Assembly: GCA_963704965.1 (NCBI GenBank) | Contig: CAVPIH010000018.1 | Location: 57,684-121,683 of the forward strand | DNA length: 64,000 nt | Source: an uncultured Gammaproteobacteria bacterium | Lineage (GTDB): Bacteria > Pseudomonadota > Gammaproteobacteria > Pseudomonadales > Halieaceae | Direction: 5' to 3' | Shown: in pieces, positions 27,512 through 36,852 of the stretch | Layout of the letters: each line of letters opens with the position of its first letter | Numbering within the stretch: the first letter of the stretch is position 1 | The notes under the pieces: generated by a model | What the model saw: only the letters and a program-made list of their open reading frames with translations | Databases searched by the model: none | What the model was told of the DNA's origin: nothing | Program-made: the position numbers and the translations under genes

Positions 27512-28114
27512 ATGAATGCGCGATATGGTTTTCTGGTCCTGCTGCTGGGCGCCCAACTGGTGGCGGCGGGCTTGCTCTACCGGGCCGGTTTACAGCCCGC
27601 GGACGGGTACCAAGCCCGACCGCTGCTGGCTGTCGACAGCGGCGCTGTGGACCGCCTGGTAATCGCTGACGGCGACACCGAGGCGGTCCTGGTCAGGCAG
27701 GGTGACGGATGGCACTTGCCCGCCCTGGGCGACTTGCCGGCGGACAGCGCGCTGGTGCAGGCAGCGCTGGATCGGGTGGCCGGCACCCGAATCCAGTGGC
27801 CGGTGACAACCACCGGGTTCAGTCATGAGCGCTTTGACGTGGCCGCAGACGATTACCAGCGCAAGGTGCAACTGTTCAGCGGTGACCGCCTTGTCGGCGG
27901 TTTTTATCTCGGCACCGCGCCGGGTTTCAGGCGGGTGCACCTGCGGAACCTGGAAGGGGACGAGGTGTACGTGGTCGAGATGAATGTCAGTGACCTGCCG
28001 GCCACGGGCGACGCCTGGCTGGACCAGACCCCGCAGGTGGCATCGGACTCCGCGCCTGTTGCGGACGCAGAAGCGGAGATGCCGGGTGGGGAGCCGGGCC
28101 CGGCCGAGCCCTGA
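27512..28114 (+). CDS. DUF4340-like protein (usual partner of GldG-type ABC systems)
   Basis: 200-aa ORF. AGGGGGA precedes the ATG. The N-terminal TM is MNARYGFLVLLLGAQLVAAGLLY. The pattern LVIADGDTEAVLVRQGDGWHLP...FYLGTAPGFRRVHLR fits my memory of DUF4340. Confidence 0.6.
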   Translation: MNARYGFLVLLLGAQLVAAGLLYRAGLQPADGYQARPLLAVDSGAVDRLVIADGDTEAVLVRQGDGWHLPALGDLPADSALVQAALDRVAGTRIQWPVTTTGFSHERFDVAADDYQRKVQLFSGDRLVGGFYLGTAPGFRRVHLRNLEGDEVYVVEMNVSDLPATGDAWLDQTPQVASDSAPVADAEAEMPGGEPGPAEP

Positions 28115-28232
28115 ACTCCCCGAGCCTTCGCAAGCGCCTGTGTCTGCGCCGCTGTGCGCTTGAAACCTGGCAGTTTTCGGGCGGTGTGCGTCAACAATGA
28201 AGGCCGGGGCCGTTGAGTCCAATAATTTGGCC

Positions 28233-28266
28233 CGGGGCGGCGCATCATTGGTTGACGGCCGCCCCG
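28233..28266. terminator. GC-rich hairpin (9-bp stem, 16-nt loop)
   Basis: CGGGGCGGC (28233-28241) pairs with GCCGCCCCG (28258-28266). It lies in the 192-bp gap after the ABC/DUF4340 operon. There is no clear U-tract. Confidence 0.3.
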
Positions 28267-28306
28267 TACTTTCCTAGCTTAGCTGCTGCAAAAGGGGAGC
28301 GATTGC

Positions 28307-30676
28307 TTGAGCGGGGAAATCCAGGGCCTGGACCAGGTCAGCGATACGTCAGTGGGCGGCAAGGCCTACGGGTTGGCGCGCCTGGTCACCATGGGCCTGC
28401 AGGTGCCGCCGGCATTCATCATACGCGATGCCTGCTCGGGAATTTATCCCCCTGACCTGGACCGGTATTACCACAGCCTGGGTAGCGACAAGGTGGCGGT
28501 ACGTTCCTCCGCCCAGGGTGAAGACGGGGCTGAGGCCTCCTTTGCCGGCCAGTACGATACGGTCCTGAATGTGGTCGGCGCCACCCACCTGCGCCAGGCC
28601 ATCGATCACTGCGTCGCCTCGGCGCTGACCGAGCGCGCCAGGAGTTACCAGGCCGCGCAGGCAGGTGGCTCGGTTGCCGGCATGAACCTGGTGGTGCAAA
28701 GCATGGTCGATGCCCGCGTGGCCGGTGTCGTGTTCACGGCCGATCCGGTAAGCGCCAGGCGCGACCTGTTGATAATCGACGCGGTAGCCGGGCTGGGAGA
28801 GTCGCTGGTCAGCGGCGAGGCCACGCCCGACCACTACGGCGTCAACGCCGCCGGCGCGATCGTGCGCCGGCAGCTGGTGGGCGATACGCCGCTGCTGGAC
28901 GATGTGCAAATAGCCCTGATCGCCAGGCAGGCGCTGGCGGCGGCGGTGCACGAGGGCCAGCCGTTGGACCTGGAGTGGGCGATAGACCAGGACGGCGAGC
29001 TGTTCTGGCTGCAGGCCAGGCCCATCACCACCCTGCCTGCCGACCTCAACGAACTCGATACCAGCCTGCCGCGCCCGGACGACGTGCTGACCATCAGCAA
29101 TATCAGCGAAATGATGCCCGGTGCGGTCTGCCCCCTGACCATGTCATTCACCGGGTGGGGCATAGATTACGGGCTGCAACACATGCAGGTGACCGTGGGG
29201 GCACGCCAGACCATAGACAGCAACTGGCAGGTCACCGCCTCGGCCTACGGCCACCTGTTCCTCAACCTCACGGGCAATGTGGTCATGTCGGCGGGTGTGC
29301 TGGGGTCCAGCCCCGAGCAGGCGGCACAGACCCTGTGCGGGCGCATGGTGCCCGAGCTCCGGGAGCTGCCCCCGCTGCCCTGGTGGCGCAGGTTGGTGAA
29401 TACCGGAAAACTGTTGCGCTATTGCCTGGCGGCCCCGGGGGTGGTGGAGCGCTTCGGTGGCGAGCTGGAGCAATTCCAGCTGGAAGAAAAGCGCAGCAGC
29501 GCCGCCATGTGGGAGGAAATTGCCGCGAAATCCTGGTTTTTTGAGCACGCCATGGCCGTGCATATCCAGTCCTCCGCCCTGTCGGGCTTCCTGTGCGCCA
29601 TCGTCGAGAATATGGTCTCGGGCAGGTCCAACGACAGTACCGTCGCCGAGCAGGCCGAGGCCGTGCGCCTGCTGGCCGGCGCCAGCGATGTGGAAAGCGC
29701 CCTGATGCTCGAGCAATTGGACGAGTTACTGGACCAGGTAGCCCGGCACCCGGATGCCGAGCGGGGTTTCCAGCGCGCCACGGTGGAGGCGGCCACCGCC
29801 TGGCTGCGCGCGACCCCCGAGCTGGGACCGTTGTTCGAGCAATTTTTACACAGCCACGGGCATCGCGGTTATCGCGAGCTGTGCATGCGTGACCCCTCCT
29901 GGAGCGATGAGCTCACGCCGCTGATCCAGAGTATGCAGGCCGCGGTGCACGGCCGGTTGCTGACCGGCGGTCACAGGGAACTGCACAGCGAGAACATAGA
30001 CTGGTCGGCACTGGGCCGCGGCCTGCGCTGGATCCTGCCCAGGGCGCACAATGCCATCCGCCGCAGGGAGCACACCAAGTCGCAGTTGGTGGAGCTGGCA
30101 CACCGCTTCAAGCTGGCCTTTCGCTGCCTGGGGGAGCGCATGGTCGCCGAGGGCCTGCTGCCCGATGCGGACCTGGTGTTTTTCTTTACCACCGCTGAAC
30201 TGCCGGCATTCCTCGCCGCACCGGACGCCGCCGCTGTGCAACACGCCAGCGCGCGACGCCGGGCGCTGGATTACCAGCAGCGGCTTGAATTCCCGGAGAT
30301 CTGCGTGGGCCTGCCGCAGCCGCTGGAGTTACAACAGATAGACCGTGGCGACGGTGTGCTGCACGGCCGGCCGGCATCGTGCGGTGTGGTGGAAGGCGTT
30401 GTCAGGGTTGCCCATACCCTGCAGGAAGCCGCGGCGCTGGAGGCGGGAGAAATTCTGGTCACGCCGATTACCGATATCGGCTGGACGCCCTATTTCAGCC
30501 TGATAGGCGGGCTGGTGACAGACCTGGGCAGCTCCGTTTCCCACGGGGCGGTCATCGCCAGGGAGTATGGCCTGCCCTGCGTGGTGAACACCCGGCAGGG
30601 CACCCGTTTCCTGCAAACCGGCAACCGGGTGCGCCTCGATGGCGACACCGGCACCGTGACCCTGCTGGCCGGGTGA
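28307..30676 (+). CDS. PEP/pyruvate-binding plus PEP-utilising mobile-domain enzyme (PEP synthase / rifampin-phosphotransferase-like)
   Basis: 789-aa ORF with a TTG start and GGGGAG 7 nt upstream. The N-terminal ATP-grasp is VGGKAYGLARL...VAVRSSAQGEDG..SFAGQYDT. The C-terminal swivel His domain is VTDLGSSVSHGAVIAREYGLPCVVN. A long helical middle region separates them. Confidence 0.75.
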   Translation: MSGEIQGLDQVSDTSVGGKAYGLARLVTMGLQVPPAFIIRDACSGIYPPDLDRYYHSLGSDKVAVRSSAQGEDGAEASFAGQYDTVLNVVGATHLRQAIDHCVASALTERARSYQAAQAGGSVAGMNLVVQSMVDARVAGVVFTADPVSARRDLLIIDAVAGLGESLVSGEATPDHYGVNAAGAIVRRQLVGDTPLLDDVQIALIARQALAAAVHEGQPLDLEWAIDQDGELFWLQARPITTLPADLNELDTSLPRPDDVLTISNISEMMPGAVCPLTMSFTGWGIDYGLQHMQVTVGARQTIDSNWQVTASAYGHLFLNLTGNVVMSAGVLGSSPEQAAQTLCGRMVPELRELPPLPWWRRLVNTGKLLRYCLAAPGVVERFGGELEQFQLEEKRSSAAMWEEIAAKSWFFEHAMAVHIQSSALSGFLCAIVENMVSGRSNDSTVAEQAEAVRLLAGASDVESALMLEQLDELLDQVARHPDAERGFQRATVEAATAWLRATPELGPLFEQFLHSHGHRGYRELCMRDPSWSDELTPLIQSMQAAVHGRLLTGGHRELHSENIDWSALGRGLRWILPRAHNAIRRREHTKSQLVELAHRFKLAFRCLGERMVAEGLLPDADLVFFFTTAELPAFLAAPDAAAVQHASARRRALDYQQRLEFPEICVGLPQPLELQQIDRGDGVLHGRPASCGVVEGVVRVAHTLQEAAALEAGEILVTPITDIGWTPYFSLIGGLVTDLGSSVSHGAVIAREYGLPCVVNTRQGTRFLQTGNRVRLDGDTGTVTLLAG

Positions 30677-30686
30677 GGGGCGGGCG

Positions 30687-31085
30687 TCACGGAGCCGGCT
30701 GTGGCGCCGGCCCATTCTGGCGGTACTGTTCCAGGGCCTGGTAAAGCCAGTCCCTGCTGGGCCGGGTGACACCGTCGCAGACTACTGTGTAGGGCTTGCC
30801 GCTCCAGGAACTTTCGCTGGCCAGCCGGTCGATGAATTGCTCTGCACTGTCAACGTAGTTTGCGCCCCGGCTGTACTTGAGGCGCAGGTGATCGGCGGCA
30901 TCCGCTGGATCGTGAGCCGTGCCATTGCGAACGAAGCTGCACTGGCTGGCGGCGACGAAAGCCAGCAGGTACTGGATCTCGGTGTCGGTCTGGGTGTCGC
31001 TCCAGGCCGGTGTGCACAGGGATAGCCCCAGGGCGAGGCACAGGCTTGCAAGGGGCTGTGTGAACCGGCTGCCCGCGGCTGGCAT
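30687..31085 (-). CDS. DUF5329-like small secreted protein
   Basis: The ATG at 31085 shares a base with the upstream stop (TGATG). The signal peptide is MPAAGSRFTQPLASLCLALGLSLCTPAWS. EIQYLLAFVAASQCSFVRNG...SAEQFIDRLASESSWSGKPYTVVC matches my memory of DUF5329. Confidence 0.6.
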   Translation of the reverse strand: MPAAGSRFTQPLASLCLALGLSLCTPAWSDTQTDTEIQYLLAFVAASQCSFVRNGTAHDPADAADHLRLKYSRGANYVDSAEQFIDRLASESSWSGKPYTVVCDGVTRPSRDWLYQALEQYRQNGPAPQPAP

Positions 31086-31936
31086 CAGTCCAGGCTCAGG
31101 CTTACCCGCAGCGGGTTGTGGTCGGAGGTCGAGACCGCCACCACCCGCGCCTCCAGGGTGCGCATGCCGCGCACGTAGATGTGATCCAGTGCCCTGCCAA
31201 ATACGGTGGAGCGCAGGTCGGGGCTGAAGGATACCGCCCCCAGGCCGTATTTGCCGGTGAATTCGTCTACCCACGCCTGGCGCTGTTCGCTCCATGTGTT
31301 GAGGTCTCCCGCCAGGATGACGGGTCCCTCGTGACTTGCCAGCAACTCGTCCAGCCCCCGGAACTGTTGCTCGAAGTCCTCCAGTCCCAGGGCGAAATTA
31401 ACCGCGTGCAGGTTGATCGCCAGCAGCGTGTCCTGGCGATCAGCCAGGGCAAATTCGGTGACACTGGTGGCCTTGGGGGTGCCCAGCCAGGGCTCCATGC
31501 TGGTAAAGGCGCAATCCAGGCTGGGTGCGCTGCTGCTGAGGGTCATTACGCCCGTCTCCAGGGCTCCGCTGCGGTAACCTGCGGCGAAGGCAGGGTGCAG
31601 CAGGCCGCCGAGCACGGTGGGAATTTGCGCCTGCAGGGACGCTTCCTGGATAAAGGCCAGGTTGACGCCCTGGCCCAGGCCGTTAAGGTCCTCCGACCAG
31701 CCGCTGTTGCTGGCTTTCTGGATATTCCAGCTGAGAATTTCCAGCGTTCCCGACAGGGCCGCGGGCGCGCTGCCAAGGTTCGGGGGGGCGGCGGAGGAGC
31801 AGTATTGCGCCCTGGCGTCCTGGCTGTCGGCGCTGGCGGGCGGCAGCCAACAGGTCGCGAGGATAAGCAGGGGGGTGGCGAACCGCTGTATCACTGCCTG
31901 CAGTGGGCGCCGGTTGTCGGTGCGATGGTTGTTCAT
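31085..31936 (-). CDS. Endonuclease/exonuclease/phosphatase (EEP) family protein, secreted (YafD-like)
   Basis: The ATG at 31936 gives MNNHRTDNRRPLQAVIQRFATPLLILATCWLPPASA, a signal peptide. EEP motifs are ILSWNIQKA, LAFIQEASL, ILAGDLNTW, LDHIYVRG and STSDHNPL. Confidence 0.8.
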   Translation of the reverse strand: MNNHRTDNRRPLQAVIQRFATPLLILATCWLPPASADSQDARAQYCSSAAPPNLGSAPAALSGTLEILSWNIQKASNSGWSEDLNGLGQGVNLAFIQEASLQAQIPTVLGGLLHPAFAAGYRSGALETGVMTLSSSAPSLDCAFTSMEPWLGTPKATSVTEFALADRQDTLLAINLHAVNFALGLEDFEQQFRGLDELLASHEGPVILAGDLNTWSEQRQAWVDEFTGKYGLGAVSFSPDLRSTVFGRALDHIYVRGMRTLEARVVAVSTSDHNPLRVSLSLD

Positions 31937-32031
31937 GCGCTTATTTGAGCACCTCCGAGCGGGCCTGGTCCATGGCAATTCCCGCCAATATTAAAGCTTA
32001 GCTGGCGCTTGCGGCGCTTGGCACGCGCCGC

Positions 32032-32496
32032 TCACCCGCCAGCTGCCATCCTTTGTCGGTAATCCCAGCTGAACATGCGGGTGATCTCCACCCGGACCAG
32101 CAACTCATCCTCGGCCCGCGAGAGCAGCCACTGGGCCAGGCTGGAGTCCGTGCCGCCCAGGTAGCGGTGCAGGTGGATGCGCAGCGTGTCGGCCCCGCCA
32201 TCCTCGTGCAGGCTGACCAGCCCCTGTCCGCGCACTCCGTGGTAGGGCGGTTCATTGGGCGACACCTCGAAACCGACCTTGTGGTTGTTGCGCAACAGGG
32301 TGCTCAGTTTGGAATCCCGGTGGGTTACGCAATAGAATGCGGCACCGTCGTAGCGGTACCACAGGGAGACCACCCGGGGGAAACCGTCGCTGCCCACGCA
32401 GGCCAGGCGCAGCGGCCAGGTGGATTCCGTGAGGAAACCCGTCACCTCCGCATGCTTCCAGGGCCCCTTTATCTCGAACGTATCCGGCATGATCAA
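32032..32496 (-). CDS. Pyridoxamine 5'-phosphate oxidase-like FMN-binding split-barrel protein
   Basis: 154-aa ORF. WPLRLACVGSDGFPRVVSLWYRYDGAAFYCVTHRDSKLSTLLRNNHKVGFEVS is typical of the PNPOx-like fold. Confidence 0.65.
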   Translation of the reverse strand: MIMPDTFEIKGPWKHAEVTGFLTESTWPLRLACVGSDGFPRVVSLWYRYDGAAFYCVTHRDSKLSTLLRNNHKVGFEVSPNEPPYHGVRGQGLVSLHEDGGADTLRIHLHRYLGGTDSSLAQWLLSRAEDELLVRVEITRMFSWDYRQRMAAGG

Positions 32497-32574
32497 TTCC
32501 CTTTCATTCCCGCTGCACCAACCACGGTTCCAGTCTGGTAAAGTGTGGAGCAGTTCCCCCCCGAGAGCAACGCC

Positions 32575-33693
32575 GTGAGCCGAATACCTGTCCTGATGCC
32601 GCTGTTTCTATGTCTGCTTGCCTGCAGCCCCACGCCGCAACCGCAGCGCAGCGTGGAGGTAGTGGTGGACACGGTCGTTGAAAAGGACTACCGGTACAGC
32701 ACCAAGTACATCGGGCGCCTGCGCGCGCGCGACGACGTCGCCATCCAGGCACTGGTGACCGGCTACCTGATGAGCCGCGATTTCCAGGAGGGAGCGCTGG
32801 TGGACGCCGGCGATGTGCTCTATACCATCGACCCGTCGGAATACGAGGCGGCCATGGCGCGCGCCCAGGCGGACCTGGCAGCGGCGATCGCGCTGCAGGC
32901 CAATGCGGAACGCAATTACAACCGCGGCCGTGAATTGCTGCCACGGGGGGCCATCTCGCAGTCGGAAGTGGACGACCTCATGGCCAAGAAGCTGGATGCT
33001 GACGCCCACATCGAGGCGGCCCGCGCCCTGATCACCAGTGCCCAGGTCAATCTCAATTACACCGTGATAACCGCCCCCATACGCGGGCGCATCGGTCGCA
33101 GTGCCGCCAGTGTGGGCGACCTGGTGGGGCCCAACACGGGCACACTGACCACGCTGGTGAGTATCGACCCCATCGAGGCCCTGTTCCAGGTCAGTGAACT
33201 GGTCTTTATCGAAATCGCCACGGGCAGTGCCGATTACTCCAGCAGTGCCAGGATCCAGGATATCCAGGTGACCCTGGAACTCAGCAACGGGGTGATTTAT
33301 CCGGAGACTGGCAGGATCGACTACATCGCCAACCGCATAGACGCCACCACGGGGACGCTGGAGGCCCGCGCCAGCATTCCCAATCCCAGGCAGCTGCTGG
33401 TGCCGGGACAGTATGTGCGGGTGATACTCACCGACCCGACGCCGCGGCAGGCGCTGTTCATACCGCAGGCCTCCGTGCAGGCGGACCAGCAGGGTAATTT
33501 CGTGCTGGTTGTGGATGCCGATAACACGGTGCGGCGGCGCGCGGTGGAACTGGGGCACCGCGACGACGACCGGGTGCTGGTAAAGCAGGGCGTGGAGGAG
33601 GGTGAGCGGGTTATCGTGCGCGGCCTGCAGCAGGTCCGTCCGGGTATGCAGGTAGAGGTGAAATCCATCGCCGGCCTGGCGGCACAGGACTGA
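32575..33693 (+). CDS. RND efflux periplasmic adaptor (membrane fusion protein)
   Basis: The GTG at 32575 gives (M)SRIPVLMPLFLCLLAC, a lipobox. YTIDPSEYEAAMARAQADLAAA, NLNYTVITAPIRGRIG and QGNFVLVVD...VELG are typical of RND adaptors. The start is uncertain and the track gives 32545. Confidence 0.85.
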   Translation: MSRIPVLMPLFLCLLACSPTPQPQRSVEVVVDTVVEKDYRYSTKYIGRLRARDDVAIQALVTGYLMSRDFQEGALVDAGDVLYTIDPSEYEAAMARAQADLAAAIALQANAERNYNRGRELLPRGAISQSEVDDLMAKKLDADAHIEAARALITSAQVNLNYTVITAPIRGRIGRSAASVGDLVGPNTGTLTTLVSIDPIEALFQVSELVFIEIATGSADYSSSARIQDIQVTLELSNGVIYPETGRIDYIANRIDATTGTLEARASIPNPRQLLVPGQYVRVILTDPTPRQALFIPQASVQADQQGNFVLVVDADNTVRRRAVELGHRDDDRVLVKQGVEEGERVIVRGLQQVRPGMQVEVKSIAGLAAQD

Positions 33694-33696
33694 GCC

Positions 33697-36600
33697 GTGT
33701 TCAGCGCCTTTTTTATCGAGCGCCCCAAGTTCGCCATGGTCATCGCCATTGTCATGACCCTGGCGGGTGCGCTGGCCATAGCGACCCTCCCGGTGACAGA
33801 GTACCCGGCGATCTCGCCGCCCAATATCACGGTATCCGGCGTTTATCCCGGCGCCTCCGCGGAAATCGTGGAAGCGGCGGTGGGCGTGCCCATCGAGGAC
33901 GCGGTGAACGGCGTGGAAGACATGATCTACATGTCTTCCAAGAGCGCCAACGACGGCAGCTATCGCCTGACGATCACTTTCAGGGTGGGAGCGGACCCGG
34001 ACATGGCCCTGGTCAGGGTGCAGAACCGGGTCAAGCTTGCGGAGCCCTCCCTGCCCACGGAAGTGACCGCCATGGGTCTGACCATCTCCGAGCGCTCGCC
34101 CGACATGCTCAAACTGGTCAGTTTCTACTCCCCCGATAAATCGCTGGATTACAAGTTCATATCCAATTACGTCAAGATCAACATCCAGGGCGCCATGACG
34201 CGGCTGGACGGGGTTTCCGCGGCGAATATCATGGGCGAGGCCGACTACTCCATGCGCCTGTGGCTGGACCCGGACAGGATGGCGGCCCTGGGCCTGTCCG
34301 TGACCGACGTGCGGGACGCCCTGCGCGAGCAGAATGTGCAGGCGCCCGTGGGCAAGATTGGCGCACCGCCCTTCGACGGCTCCCTGCAGACTGAATACAC
34401 CCTGCAGACCCGGGGCCGGCTGCAGGAGGTGGAGGAGTTCGAGCAGATCATCCTGCGCGCCCTGCCCGACGGCTCCGCCATCTACCTGCGGGATGTCGCC
34501 AGGGTCGAGCTGGGGCAGGCGGGCTATAACTTCTTCGGCGAGACCAATGGCTTTCCCTCGGTCAGCCTGGCCATGTACCAGGCGGCGGGGGCCAACGCGC
34601 TGGCCACCGGCGCCGCCATCGACGCCCTGGTCGCGGAGCTGTCCCAGGGCTTTCCGGAGGGCCTGGACTACGTGGTCAGTTACGACACCACCCGCTATGT
34701 TTCCGCCGCGGTGCGGCAGGTGGTCATTTCGCTGCTGCAGGCGGTGGCCCTGGTGGTCGCGGTCACCTTTGTGTTCCTGGGCAACTGGCGCTCGGCGCTG
34801 ATTCCCACCATAGCCATCCCCGTGTCCCTGGTAGCGACCTTCGCGGTGCTGCTGTTCATGGGTATGTCCATCAACACCGTTACCCTGTTTGGCCTGATCC
34901 TGGCGATCGGCATCGTCGTGGACGACGCCATCCTGGTTATCGAGAACTGCGAGCGTCACCTGCGGGAGGACCCCACCATGACGCCCAGGGAGGCGGCCCT
35001 GGTGACCATGCGCGAGGTAGGCAGCGCAATCATAGCAACCACCCTGGTGCTGCTCGCGGTGTTTGTGCCGGTGGCGATGCTGCCCGGGATCACCGGGGTG
35101 ATGTACAAGCAGTTCGCGGTGACTATCTGTGTTGCCGTGGTGCTGTCGTCGGTCAACGCCCTGACCCTGAGCCCGGTGCTGTGCTCGCTGCTGCTCAGGC
35201 CCGGTGAGCAGCAGGACGCCGGCTGGTATCGGCGCTTTCTCGCCGGCTTCGGCAGGATTACGCGGCACTACGACAGCGGCGTGCAATGGGTGCTGCGCAG
35301 GCTGCGGCTGGTGGTCATTATGTTCCTGGCCTGGCTGGGCGCACTGGCCGTGGGCGCGCTGGTCACTCCGACTGGATTCGTGCCCGACGAGGACAAGGGC
35401 CTGTTGCTGGTCAGCGTGCAACTGCCCGACGCCTCTTCCATCAGCCGCACCCGGGCGGCCATAGACAAGCTCATGGCTATCCTGGAGCAGGACCCGGCAG
35501 TGGAAACGGTGACGGCAATCACGGGCTACTCCATCCTCACCGGCGCCATGGCCAGCAACGGTGGCACCCTGTTCGTGGTGCTGCGTCCCTGGGAGGAGCG
35601 CAGTGGCGGCCAGCAGTCGTCGTTTGAGCTGGTGCGTCGCATCAACGCCACGGCATTTGCCCGTCTGCCCGAGGCCCAGGTGTATGCCATCAACCCGCCG
35701 GCGATCCGTGGCATGGGTGCGGTGGGTGGCCTGGAACTGCTGTTGCAGGACACGCTGTCGCGCTCGCCCGCCGAGTTGGCCGGGGTGCTCAACAACTTTA
35801 TCGTGGATGCCAACCAGGCGCCCGCGCTGCAGCGGGTGTTTTCCAGTTACCGCGCCAATGTTCCCCAGTACTTTATCGATGTGGACCGAATCAAGGCCAA
35901 GAACCTCGGGGTGCCCCTGAGTGAAATATTTATCACCCTGCAGGCGCAGATGGGGTCGCTGTACATCAACGATTTCAATATTTTCGGGCAGACCTACAAG
36001 GTCATCATGCAGGCGCAATCCGCCTATCGCTCCGACCTCGCCGACCTGGCCCACTTCTATGTGAAAACCGGTGGCGGTGAAATGGTGCCGCTGAGCACCC
36101 TGGTGAGCACCCGGCCTGTGCTGGGAGCCGATGTCGCGGCCCGCTACAATCTCTACCGCGCGGCCCCGGTGCAGGCCAGCGCGGCCCCCGGTTACAGTTC
36201 CGGGGAGGCCATGGGTGCCCTGGAGGAACTGGCCGCCCGCACCCTGCCTCCCGGCTATCGCATCGAATGGACCGGCATGGCCTACCAGGAGCGGGAGGCG
36301 GGACAGACAGCGGTGCTGGCCTATGGGCTGGCGCTGATGTTTATCTACCTGTTCCTGGTCGCCCAGTACGAGAGCTGGTCCATCCCGGTGGCGATTATCC
36401 TCGTGGTGCCCATGGCCGTAGGCGGCGCTATCGCGGCCCTGCTGCTGAGTGGCTACGCCCTCAATCTCTACGCCCAGATCGGCGTGGTGCTGCTGATAGC
36501 CATGGCCGCCAAGAACGCCATCCTGATCGTCGAGTTCGCCCGCCAGCAGCGGGAGCGGCAGGACCAGCCAATCCTGGTGGCGGCGCGGGAGGCGGGCCGG

Positions 36601-36840
36601 CTGCGTTTTCGCGCGGTGTGCATGACGGCGGTATCGTTTATTCTCGGCATCCTGCCGTTGGTATTTGCCTCCGGCGCGGGAGCGTTTGGCCAGCGCTCGC
36701 TGGGGATAACCGTGTTCGGCGGGATGCTGGCGGCACTGCTGGTGGGCACCTTCTTCATTCCCGGTTTCTATGCCATCGTGCAGACACTGCGGGAGCGGGT
36801 GAGGGCGGGTTGGCAGGCGCGCGGCGCCCGCAAGGCGTAG
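33697..36840 (+). CDS. RND efflux permease (HAE1, AcrB/MexB-like)
   Basis: 1047-aa ORF with a GTG start. The N-terminus [24 protein letters not shown] is canonical for this family. It has the 12-TM architecture with two large periplasmic loops, and [11 protein letters not shown]. Confidence 0.92.
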   Translation: MFSAFFIERPKFAMVIAIVMTLAGALAIATLPVTEYPAISPPNITVSGVYPGASAEIVEAAVGVPIEDAVNGVEDMIYMSSKSANDGSYRLTITFRVGADPDMALVRVQNRVKLAEPSLPTEVTAMGLTISERSPDMLKLVSFYSPDKSLDYKFISNYVKINIQGAMTRLDGVSAANIMGEADYSMRLWLDPDRMAALGLSVTDVRDALREQNVQAPVGKIGAPPFDGSLQTEYTLQTRGRLQEVEEFEQIILRALPDGSAIYLRDVARVELGQAGYNFFGETNGFPSVSLAMYQAAGANALATGAAIDALVAELSQGFPEGLDYVVSYDTTRYVSAAVRQVVISLLQAVALVVAVTFVFLGNWRSALIPTIAIPVSLVATFAVLLFMGMSINTVTLFGLILAIGIVVDDAILVIENCERHLREDPTMTPREAALVTMREVGSAIIATTLVLLAVFVPVAMLPGITGVMYKQFAVTICVAVVLSSVNALTLSPVLCSLLLRPGEQQDAGWYRRFLAGFGRITRHYDSGVQWVLRRLRLVVIMFLAWLGALAVGALVTPTGFVPDEDKGLLLVSVQLPDASSISRTRAAIDKLMAILEQDPAVETVTAITGYSILTGAMASNGGTLFVVLRPWEERSGGQQSSFELVRRINATAFARLPEAQVYAINPPAIRGMGAVGGLELLLQDTLSRSPAELAGVLNNFIVDANQAPALQRVFSSYRANVPQYFIDVDRIKAKNLGVPLSEIFITLQAQMGSLYINDFNIFGQTYKVIMQAQSAYRSDLADLAHFYVKTGGGEMVPLSTLVSTRPVLGADVAARYNLYRAAPVQASAAPGYSSGEAMGALEELAARTLPPGYRIEWTGMAYQEREAGQTAVLAYGLALMFIYLFLVAQYESWSIPVAIILVVPMAVGGAIAALLLSGYALNLYAQIGVVLLIAMAAKNAILIVEFARQQRERQDQPILVAAREAGRLRFRAVCMTAVSFILGILPLVFASGAGAFGQRSLGITVFGGMLAALLVGTFFIPGFYAIVQTLRERVRAGWQARGARKA

Positions 36841-36852
36841 CAGGGGTGCCAA

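Noticed and set aside
32608-36852. A 1414-aa minus-strand ORF spanning the whole MFP-RND locus
   Set aside because: It is antisense to two genes with unmistakable RND adaptor and AcrB-like sequences. Its translation is rich in Arg, Gly, His, Gln and Pro, low in complexity and free of motifs. This is the typical stop-codon-poor antisense frame of high-GC DNA.
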